Assembly: GCF_009914755.1 (NCBI RefSeq)
Contig: NC_060933.1
DNA from: the human T2T-CHM13v2.0 reference genome, Homo sapiens
Length of the DNA: 64,000 nt
Strand: one strand, 5' to 3'
Shown here: piece by piece, positions 21,062 to 43,780 of the stretch
Numbering within the stretch: position 1 is the first letter of the stretch
Layout: the number at the start of each line of letters is the position of its first letter
Program-made: the position numbers and the translations under genes
Notes under the pieces: model-generated
What the model was told of the DNA's origin: nothing
What the model saw: the letters and a program-made list of their open reading frames with translations, nothing else
The model's database searches: none

Positions 21062-21241
21062 CTTTTCGTCCTGGTACAGCTTGTTGACGCTCTCCAGCTG
21101 GAAGTTGTGGCTGGACTGGATTTTGTCAAGCTGCTCCCGCTGCTTCTCCAGCTCTCCCTGGAACTCGTTCTTCTTCAGCTCCACGGCGCCTCTCTCTGCA
21201 GCCGCCCTGCGGACCCTGCCTTCCAGCTCCATGATCCGTGT
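21062..21241 (-). CDS. GOLM1: GOLM1 second coding exon (180 nt); residues 44-103: proprotein-convertase site R52VRR55 and start of the coiled coil
   Basis: Translates TRIMELEGRVRRAAAERGAVELKKNEFQGELEKQREQLDKIQSSHNFQLESVNKLYQDEK. Acceptor tccttgtag|ACA, donor AAG|gcaagg (GC). Confidence 0.96.
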
Positions 21242-21903
21242 CTACAAGGAGACCGTGGCATTAGGGCTGATGCCAAGTTACCTGAGGAGCCTGGACCACC
21301 TGAGCGCCCTCCACAAAGACCACCTTGGGGCCCAGGGCCAGCACCAGTCTTATACACACAAGTGCCCAAGGCTGTGTTTTAAGTCAACTGGACAGAAGCT
21401 GGAGCGGTTTCTTCTGGAAAAAATGGTCTCTGTCAGTGTAAGTGAAGGAAGGCTCTGTGCACTCACACCACACTTCCCACTGGGTTTTTGTGAGGCTTAA
21501 ATGTGCTAAGTGCACAGAATGCCTCATGCTTTACCTGGCATGAGATGATGCTCAAATATTTAGTTCTTCTTCGCTGCTAACAAAGCACTTAACAACTCTT
21601 TAGCAGATACAATTTCTGAAAACAGATTCAGTTCTCCAACTCCAGACAAGCAGACCTCATCTGCCCAGAGAACAGGAACTCCCGTGGAAGCTGAGACACA
21701 GGGAGTACAAGCCCAGGAGGGTAAGTGTGAGAACAGGACAGAGCACAGACGTGCTGGGGTGCCACGGCTAAGCCCATGCAGGTTGGAATCCCTGCTCCAC
21801 CTCAACCTCTTGGTGCCTCAGTCTGACCCCCTGTGAAATGAGGAAAGTCAAGTCCCAGCCTTGTAGGGTTTGTGCACAAAAGGAGATAATTTGTATAAAG
21901 TAC

Positions 21904-22332
21904 TGTGAAAGAGAAATTATTCTGACATTCATTAAAATGGTAAGAAAGACTATTCAAAACGATTGCAATAGGAGAGGGAAATTGTGCTCAATGCCGAACA
22001 CATCAAAGACAGCTAGGGATTTATAGCCAACGAGCACAGTGCGGGGAGTCAGTGGATGGAAATCGCCCCCAGAGTAGGGGGATTCTTGCTAAACTGGCCT
22101 AACAAGATTCTTGCTAAACACAGGCCAAGGACTTAGACAGCAAGGGTAGGGATGAGGAACTTGGTCAAGGATCAGGGGTAGAAGGATGGCTTAGTGGGAT
22201 CCTTTGCTAGGACTGGGCTGGGCAGGCCAAAGACAGGCAGTGAGAGTTGGGAGGTGCCAAGATCAAGGCCTAGTCAAGAAGACAGCTCAGAAGGGCCCGA
22301 CTCAAGTTCAATCAAGAGGAGCATCTTTGTCA
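21904..22332 (-). mobile_element. MER31-like ERV1 solo LTR in intron 2
   Basis: Minus strand begins tgacaaagatgctcctcttga...cttctgagctgtcttcttgactaggcc and ends tttcaca. Confidence 0.6.
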
Positions 22333-22841
22333 CTGCTCAGCACTGTACCTGACCCATGACTGCACCGGTAAATGAGGAAGTTAAAATTATTATTATCATT
22401 AAGTAATGAAGATAAAGATTGGTACCTTTAAAAACATATTTCTTACACCCATCATCCAAGCACACTTCCAATACTACTCTTCGATATCTTGGGCGCCAGA
22501 GGACCGCAAACAACGGACTATGGCCAGTGTATGTAAGCAAGCTGTCTTCCCAGAACCACCCCAGTAGCTCAAATGAATGCTGTTAACTCACAGGAAAGGC
22601 AGGGAGGGATACCACAACCGCAATCCTACACAACCACAGAGGGGACCTCTCCCACCCAAAGCTGCTTGGGGTCTGGCCCAGGGCTGTGGGGGTGTGCAGA
22701 GCCCTAAACTCACCTTACAAGCGTGTGCCCTGCACAAAACGCCCTGGCTGGCAATAAACAACAAACCCCTGGGACCCCATCATAACAAAATAAACAAAAC
22801 ATAAACATAAAATAAACATAACAATAAAGAAAACAAAACAC

Positions 22842-22970
22842 CTGGAGGTCCACGCTCCGGGAGCTCGCAATCCAGTAGTTGAAGCCCAAGACGATGATGC
22901 AGGCCACCAGGGCTGCCAGCACGAGGGGCGGCGACTTCATGCTGCGACGCCCGTTTCCCAAGCCCATCAT
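22842..22970 (-). CDS. GOLM1: GOLM1 first coding exon (whole exon 22842-22991 including 21 nt of 5'UTR); residues 1-43: cytoplasmic tail and signal-anchor TM
   Basis: Translates MMGLGNGRRSMKSPPLVLAALVACIIVLGFNYWIASSRSVDLQ, the recognised GP73 N-terminus. Acceptor ttttacttggcag|ATTCTC, donor CAG|gtgttt, phase 0. Confidence 0.97.
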
Positions 22971-24539
22971 CTCAAAATCAGCGCTGAGAATCTGCCAAGT
23001 AAAAGCAAATAAATAAACATCAATACTAGTTTTATCATCTCCGAAGCAGACCGTATCATCCTTACAACCAAGAGGAAAGGAGTCTTGCCAAGAAGCGTGG
23101 GCTGGTAGCTTCTCCTTGACGTGCAAAGCTGTCAAGGGAGAAGAGTATGTGAACGGCACGCACAGAGCCCATGGTGCTGTGAACCCAGGGCAGTGTGGCC
23201 AGTTCCCAGGACAGGCTCGGAGGAGCAGGCACCGCCCCGAAACCTGCCACAGATTAGCTCGAGACCTGGGGCAAGACATGATTCCTCTTACACTTCAGAT
23301 TCCTCCCTTGTAAAATCATTACCATACTCACCTTCCCGGCATAGTTTGAGAATTAATCATTTCTGTAAGCAGCAATGTTTGAGAAGTAATCATTTCTGTA
23401 AACACCAATAACAAATATTAAGTGCTTCCGCATCATATTAGAAAGAGTATATTCCTCATTACTCCTCAGAGAGAGCTTTTTGCTTTGATTCCTAACAAGG
23501 GAGGTTTTTTTTACCCTTGACAGGATTACTAATGACACCCAATTAAAGCATTTCTCAAGCAAAGCAGGAAACCCATTCTGGAGGTGAATGTGAACTCCCC
23601 CCCATGTACATCATTATTCAGGCACAGCCCTGGCTATAGAAGTGTCTCCTCCTTCATGACACACAACGGAAGTGGGAGGTGTGCCATCTGCCTGAAGTCA
23701 CCAGGAAAAATGTGTTCCATCTTAGGATTTGAGGTGGAAACAAGGCATTCACTCCATGCCAAACGAGAGCACCTTCTTTCGAACATTCATTTCTCACTTT
23801 AGGGACCGTATCTGTGCAACTGCTGCATTGTACACCTCATGTTAGGAAAAACAGTGCCTCTGTGTGAGAGCTACAGAGTGCACAAAAATACAGCTTAGAA
23901 GAAAGATGCCATAAATTTTGTTAATGGGCTTCAATTCAAAGCCAGGTCTGCCTGGATGCAAGCACTGGTCTCTAGGAACAAGGAAAGTAGACTTTTCCAA
24001 ATGGCTTTTCCCAAGCCAGATAAAACAGAACCTTATCAGAGTGAGCGTGGCTGCACTGCAACAAACAGCCTTTGAGCACAGAGAGCCTTTTACACCAGGG
24101 GTGTCTAGCAACAGAGGAGGAAAGGGGATGGTGGGCAAAAAAGACAAGGGACGGGTAAGGAAGAGGATACCACCAAGGATTCACCTGCAAAACCCAATTC
24201 TCACCAGTGAGAACATGGGAGAACTGATCCTCACCCTATGGTCTTTTCAGGTGGGTCACCAAAAGGCTTCTTTTTTCTTAACAGCTAGCTACTAGTATGG
24301 GGGCCTGCCAGGGGATAAAGAAGCAATCTAGCCGAATCATCTAAAATAAAGCACCCCCAGAATTCCCACGGGTGGAAATTCTGACCTGTGCTCATGTCTT
24401 ACCAGCTTCTGGCCTCTCAGGATGAAAGGGGAAACCACGTTTTTCTTTCAATTATCAGCTGATATCAGCAAGCACTGAATATACTCAAGAGACTCTTGAT
24501 CACAAGAGTCTCTTTTTTGACTCTTAAACTTTTTAAAAT

Positions 24540-28763
<4,224 letters not shown>

Positions 28764-29131
28764 TCACAATCTTCTGCAGCAGGAGAATGCCTTTTTTCCG
28801 ACATGGTAACATAGAAAACAAACTTTTTAATGCCTGACAATCTCATTAGTGATATTTTCAAGCACATTAATTGTGCGTACAAATGAGTGTCTTTTCATTT
28901 ATTGGCCATCTGCATGTTCATTTTGGTGAAATGCCTTTTCATATTTTTTGCCCAATTTTAAACTGGGGTGTTCATCTTATTGATTTGCTAAAGCTCTTTG
29001 TCTATTAAAGGTAAACCAATCTTTGGTCCTTCATTTGAATAATTTTTTTTCAATTTTTCATCTATTCTTTTACTTTACAGAAATTTTGCCCAAAGTTTTT
29101 GTTGTTTTTTTTTTTTTTTTGAAGGTTCTAC

Positions 29132-34848
<5,717 letters not shown>

Positions 34849-35583
34849 TCTGTTGTTGTTTTAAATAACCTAATCTTGTCAATCCTTTATTACTTCTCGA
34901 TTGTTGTTATATTTAGAAGGGCATTTCCTATTCTAAGTTTATAAACAACTTACCCACATTTTTTTCCAATGTACAGTTTCATATTTACATTTAAATTGTT
35001 CATCCATTTAAAACTCCTTTTTGATGTAAGGAGTAAGGAAATACAAAGAATGCAGAAATAAGGAAATACAAAGAATGCAGCTTTTTTTTTTCCTGTAGTG
35101 ACAAGCCAGTTCTGCCAGGGCCCTCTACTGAATAATCTATTTTTACCTACTGCTTTGAACAACTATCTTTGTTATATACTAAATTTTCTAACAATATACT
35201 TTTTCTTAAAGAGATGGAATCTTGTCGCCCAGGCTGGAGTGCAGTGGTACAATCATGGCTCACTGCAGCCTTGAACTCCTGGACCTAAGCAATCCTCACA
35301 CCTCAGTCTCCGAGTAGGCACATGCTGCCGCACATGGCTTGACAAAATACTTTTAGATGTGACCCTTGCAAGGCCTTTTGTTATTCTAGTAGAGGTAAGT
35401 CAGTGGGTGGGGTATATTATAAATTTGAAAGCAGAAAATAAACTCCATTCTCACTTCAAGGGAAGTGTACAGATAACCATTTAATATTCTCTTTTCTTTA
35501 AACAGCCAATAAAAAATTTATTGAGCAGCTACCATGAGTCAGGTGCTGTATTCACATCAGGCAGCTCAGGGTGGTATTAAGAG

Positions 35584-35745
35584 CACAGACTGGAATCCCA
35601 TTGCCATATCTGAACCCTGGCTCCACCACTCAGGAACCCCACAGACTGGAGCCTCACAGCCATGTCTGACACTGGCTCCACCACTCAGGAACTCCAAGAC
35701 TGGAACCCCACAACCATGTCTGACCCTTGCTCTACCACTCAGGGG
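35584..35745 (+). repeat. Three diverged ~55-bp tandem copies within a MIR-like remnant
   Basis: agactgga...ccat(a/g)tctga...ccactcagg repeated at ~35584, 35640 and 35694. Confidence 0.8.
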
Positions 35746-36723
35746 ACACAGGACCTGTCTGTGCGTCACTGTCCTGCTCACAAGGTTTTTAAGAGGATTC
35801 AGTGAGTTGAGTGAGAAGCGCTTAGAGCTACATTTGGCACATAGTAATTGCTCAACAAATGTTGACAACTATTAGGGATGGAAAGATGAACAACAAATCA
35901 TTTCTAGATTCAATCTTTTTTCCATTTTATGAGGAAACAGTGATGCATGTTTTCGTTCCATAACCATTCTACTTTATAGCAACCAGTCCTCCTCTTTCCT
36001 TCTCCTGACTCTGCCACCAACTAAAATAGCAGTACCTGCCATTACCTGGGGCTGACCTACAGTTGCCACTGAGGCCGTGGACATCCCAGACCAGGATCAT
36101 ATTATGAAAAAGGTTTCAGGAAGCCAAGCCTCAAACAGTCCTGGAAGTCATACAATCCTGGAAGCCCCTCACTGTCACCCAGTGCTTGGCTGGCCAGGAA
36201 GGTGAGCAGCTGTCTAGACAGCACTCTTAGGAGAGCCCTGGGCTCCCAATGGGAGCAGGGCTGCCCAGGTAAATAGTGACACAAGGAAAGGAAGTAACAC
36301 AATGAGGCTTCAGGCCTGCAAGGTGCCTCCTCACAGGCTTCCAGGTCTGTAGAAACCCTTGCTGCTGAAGGATAAGGGACACACACTGGCGAGAAATGAT
36401 CAAGATTGATGAAGGCTGGTGGCAGGAACTCACAGGCAGAGTTTATGGTGGTCAAATACATCAGACACTCTCCCTTCTCCCACCTTAGAATTTATTTGGA
36501 TTGCGGATGAGATGGAAGTGGGTGAGTGATATACTGCATCAAACAGAGGTATTAATTTAATATTCATTTTCATTTAAGCTTCAGAATATGTTTGTCTCAT
36601 ACTTGGTTATAAGCTTCCAACATACTGAAAATGATTAACTTAAATCAGCTAAACTCTGTGAGGCTCCAGGCTTTCCCAAAATTAAAACAAGTGGTGTGTT
36701 TTCACATTAAAAATCACTTGATA

Positions 36724-37216
<493 letters not shown>

Positions 37217-38283
37217 TCACTTGATAAATCAGAAAAGGAAAAAACTGCATATTCTTACCTACTGGCTTAATTAATTTAAAAATTCAACCTATTGGTTAAA
37301 ATTATTATTTGCTTTTAAGACAAAATGTTTGTAATTTAACAAAGCCTTCTAATTACTTTTTTTAAAAGAAAGAAAAGGCATATGAAAATGGACAACATGC
37401 CAAATACACGAGCCCCTTGACCCTCCTAGTCAAATATTATGTTTAACATTTCCTTATTTTCATATAGGGCTTTAAATCAGAAAAGCAAATATATAGGAGC
37501 AATCGCGTCAGATTAGCATGTTTGACCAACATCAACCAGTGCAGAAACTGGGCTTCTCCAAACAGTGGTGGAGCCACACCTCTAACTCCTTCTCAGAGGA
37601 ATGGCCCCAGCGGCTCAGCAGGAAGTTCAGAAGTCACTGCAATGAGCAAACAGACCTGAGCACACCCCGGCGCAGCCTGGAGTCCGGGAAAGAATCAGTC
37701 ACCAAGTTTTCTGATGGCCCGGAAATATTCCACCCTGTCCCAAGAATGTCTCTAAGCCAGGGGTGAGCAAACTATGGCCCACAGGCCATATCCGGGCCTG
37801 GTTTTTTTTTTTAAAGTTTTACTGTACACTGCCATAAATACTGCCTATGGCTGCTTTCTGGCTACAAAGTAGAACTGAAAAGTTGAGACAGAGACAGAGA
37901 CTCACAGACCAACTCTGCCCATAGGGTATTGTGAGGATTAAACATTTACCATCTGACCATTTAGACAGTTTGTCAACTCTGCCTCTAACCCATTGGGATT
38001 AAATGACCAAGGTCACTGTGTTCTGCTTAAATTGCTTTAAAAACTTACTAGGAAATACACAGACTCTCTTCCTCTCACTTCCCCAAAATGAACACCATCT
38101 TTTCCCCAATGCTAGAAGCTGACAGTGTCTAAAGATTAAAACTTTTAAAATGAATGTATAGTGGTAGGTGGTAGAAACACCAAAAAGCGAGGTGGATGAG
38201 TGAAAATGAACTAGGGAACCAAATTCTTCCTGTTTTGAAATTTTCTGAAGAAAGGTTGAACCACCGTCAAGAATATATCCTGG

Positions 38284-40054
<1,771 letters not shown>

Positions 40055-43044
40055 CTGTAGTTCAATGGTCCTTAAAGTGTGGTCCCCATATTAGCAGCAT
40101 CAGCATTACCTTGGAATTTGTCAGAAATGCAAATTTTGTGGCCGACCCCAGACCTACCAAGTCAGAGGTCTGTTTATTCCACTAATAAATGCAAACACAG
40201 GACAGCAAAATACCGTGGCTGGCAAAGCTCTATACTGAGTCAGCCTTGCATGAGATACCTCATGAAGTAGAAACTATGCTGATGTAATCAGATCTGACAA
40301 GACACAGGCCCAAAATACTTAAAATTAAGAGAAAGAGTATTTAAAACAGGGTTTCTACCTCTAATGTTGTTAACAAATCCAGCCCTATGTGTATATTGGG
40401 CCTTGAGACACAATATAACCATAACAGCAAATACATGTAGTTTATAAATAAGCAACAAATGCACATACAGAAGAGCGTTAAAAAAGTTTTTTTATTACTG
40501 AGAAACATCAAAAAAGTTGGGAAACGATAGCAAATTACAATATAAACAACTATAATCATATTATATAGTATTTATATATGTACTTTTTTCTGTCAGGCAC
40601 TAATCTTCAAAATCTTAGCAAGGGAAGTCCTACTAATAAAGTGCTTAAGGGTTTTAAAGGAAAATAAGACCAAAATGTAAAAATCTGAGAAGGCATGGAC
40701 TTTTTTTTTTTTTTTTTCCTGAAAGTGTGAGAAATATGTGTGTGAAAGAAAGGAAAGACTCTCTGGAAATTTAAGAAACACTTCATAAATTTGGAGACAA
40801 GTCTCTCTTTTAATGTAACTTCATCAATAACGTGAGAAGTCCAGAAAACCACCATGATCTTTAAGAACAGTTTTTGGGGAGCAAGTGAAATATCATTCGC
40901 CCTTTTCTAAGGTGAGAGCAAAAGCATAGTAGCACCATTCCTTCTGTTCCTTCTACGTTTTTACAAATGTTTAAAAAATTGTTTTGTTTTACAAAAACAG
41001 AAGTGCTTTTAAAAAATCCCAATTACAAATGTTATTTCTCACATTACGTCACTGAAAAAGAAATGTATCTTTTTTCATAGGGCAACTTATTTTTTTTTTA
41101 TTTCAAGAAAAAACAAGTAATAACAATAATGCTGCAGAATTTAAGCCAAAGGCACAGAACACCGCTCCCCCGCCCCCAATGGCCACCCCAGGTCCTTTGA
41201 GAAAGGCGGCTGGACCTCAGGGACCACGCTGCCTTCAAGCTCCCTCCCACCAATAGTGCCCATCAACTGACACCTGTCTTCTTCTCAGCACACCTGCCTA
41301 AAGTGATGCTCCACCCTTCCTACTGATCCACGCAGACGCATTTTCCCCAGGTTCTGCCCTCTGTACTTCCAATGCAGAAAGCCAGCTCGCACTTTCACAG
41401 GATAAGGGTAGCAGTTCCCTCCTTCCTGGGGAAGGTGGCCATATATATATAAACCCGGGTAGCCCTGGGCCTGCTATGGTCAGCTGTCCTGACTGTTGTT
41501 TCTGCCCAGCCCTCAACAACAACAACAACAGCGGGTGGAATGTAAATGCAAAATCTTTTCATTTCCCATCAATAACTGGACCTAAACCAGCCATTAGAAA
41601 GCAGATGGTATCCCTGGCCCTTAATATCCAAGTCACCACAATTTCCTGGCCCCACCCTCAGCACTACTTTCCTCTCATTTCTTTCGTTTTCCTGTAAAAC
41701 CAACTTTAAAAAAAAATGTGAAAATTGGATAACCTCTCCATAGGAGAACAAAATGTATCTTAAAAGCTAACCTCTTTTCTTTAACCATCCTAACAATTCA
41801 ATTTTTGTTCACTGACACCTTAAGAATTGAGTGTCTGGCCTAAAAACAGTAAGTCTTAGCAAGTTACTAGTTTCTATTAAGAAAGAAAGTAATGAGCTTA
41901 GCTTCATCTTTTATAACACAACTGGAAGAAGCTAGGATGCCTTTGGAGACCCACAAAAACTGACAAGAGATTGTCCCATGCCCTCCAAAATTCAGAAATA
42001 CTAAAACTGAGATTTGAGCCAACCTGATGGCCATGAGCTAAACAAAGCCACTCAAGCGCTGCTAAATACTTCATCAGGTTATTGTGTATCTCACTAATCC
42101 AGCCCTAGAAATGTTCCTCAATAATCTGCATAATGTAGGGCCTAGGGACCCCAAATCAGACAAAGAAAACCTCAAAATCGTGAAAGTCACACAAGTTTAG
42201 TTTTGCAAATCTGGCTATGGGACATCTGAAATTGTCCAGCATCATCATGGTATTTCAAATATAGTAATTCTTAAATTTTGCTAAAAAATTTCATCAAAAT
42301 TGTTATTCTTCACATTTTGTTTCTTAAAAGCAAATCATTAAAAATATTAAATGGGATATGATTTTTACAGCAGGGCAAAGTTGTGTGGATCCTCCACGTT
42401 GGCAAAGGTGGAAACACAGGTATGCGAGAAAACCCCGAGCATCCACGAGAACGGGATGCAGCCGCGCTCTGGACGCGCGGTGGGAGGACCCGGAGCCCAA
42501 GCTCCGGGGTCACCAGCCACGAGGCCCAGCGGCAACGTGGACCCCAGGGCGGCCGGAGCGCGCCTGGGGCTGGAGGGGAGGAAGAGGCGGCGGGAGCCGA
42601 GAGACTCGCGGCTCGGCCAGCCTCCCGCGCCTGGTGCAAATCACGCTGCAGAACTGGAACTAGTGCGACTTAGGGGGTGCACGCTTTTGACTTTGGATGC
42701 CGACGCGCGTGACAACGCTGAGAACAAAAAGAAAGGCCCCGCATCGCCTGAGACTGCAGGGCAGGGAATCCTCGCGAGGCCCCTCATCGCAGGGCAAGGG
42801 GGCCGCGCGCCCGGTCTTGGGGAGCGAGCCGAGGGGCCCAGGCAGCCGCGGGCTACTCGGTGCAGGAAGGTGCGGAGCCAGCCCCGAGCGCAGCCAGCGA
42901 AGGTTGCAGCCCCGGCGCAAGCCGCGGGGAGGCTCCGGGGACCGACGCGAGGTCTCGGCGCGCGGGGTACGGGCCCTGGGCAAAGGAGGGAGGAAGCGAT
43001 GGACCGCGGTTCGGGCAGCCTGGGGCCGCGCGCCGCCCACTCAC

Positions 43045-43230
43045 CTCTTTTCGCGGCTCCGGCCGCCACTCGGGGATCCGGGGCCCCGCTACGAGGCCGC
43101 CCGGGTCGCTCTCCCGCCGCCGCCGGCCTCGAGCTCCGGCCGGCTCCGCGCCGTGCGCCCAGCGCCTCCGCGTCCAGCGCCGCCGCGTCTCCGGCCTCCG
43201 CAGCGGCAAGGCCCCGCCCCCGAGCAGCGC
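43045..43230 (-). other. GOLM1: GOLM1 non-coding first exon (CpG-island form); 5' end approximate
   Basis: Strong donor GAG|gtgagt at 43045/43044 inside the CpG island, upstream of the exon 2 acceptor. Confidence 0.8.
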
Positions 43231-43658
43231 CGGCGGCGCGAAGGGAGGAGGCGGCGCCGCGAGCGCGGAGAAGCGAGGCAGGGGCTGCCGGGGCCGCGCG
43301 GACTCCCGGCCCCACGGTGCGCGCGCCCCGGCCGGTGGCCGCCCCTCGGCGGGAGCAGGAACGCCAGCGTGCGCCCAGTTCTCGCCGCTGGGCGTTGCCC
43401 CTTCCCCCGGGCCACCCCATCGCCCCTTCCGACGCGGGAGCTGGCGCCTGAGCAGCGACGCGGAGCGGGGAAGAGGCTGTGGGGAAAGGGTACCTGGGGG
43501 GAGCCCCCATCCCACGTTCCGCCCCGAGGGAATGTTCCCGAACAGCCAACCGCACCCAGCGCCACACTCACGTTACCTTCTTTATAAAAGTCGTCGGGTC
43601 AAAACTGCCCAGAGAAGGAAGCGAACGAAAAACAGGTTTTTAGGGGGCTTATACTCAC

Positions 43659-43780
43659 AAAATTGTCTTTTTTCTCCCACGAGGCATTCCCTGTTGACCA
43701 TCATCTCGCCTCGGTTGTCACCACTCAGGCCTTAGTGTTTGGTCTGTGACCCTTCCACTGCTAGCAACGGAAAAAGTGAA
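43659..43780 (-). other. GOLM1: Candidate alternative upstream first exon of GOLM1; 5' end approximate
   Basis: Donor TTT|gtgagt at 43659/43658 at the distal edge of the island. GOLM1 is known to have 5'UTR variants. Confidence 0.55.

Noticed and set aside
22710-23279. 189-aa ORF as a single-exon gene or long N-terminal extension
   Set aside because: Only 22842-22991 is bounded by splice sites. The remainder is intronic read-through.
24487-24518. Rho-independent terminator
   Set aside because: The hairpin plus T-run resembles one, but this mechanism does not apply to a Pol II intron.
41441-41453. TATA-like atatatatataaa as an intronic promoter
   Set aside because: A short TA run with no supporting exon or initiator evidence.
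42351-43735. Several long overlapping ORFs (220-366 aa) on both strands
   Set aside because: Ala/Arg/Pro/Gly-rich products expected from a stop-poor CpG island. No recognisable protein.
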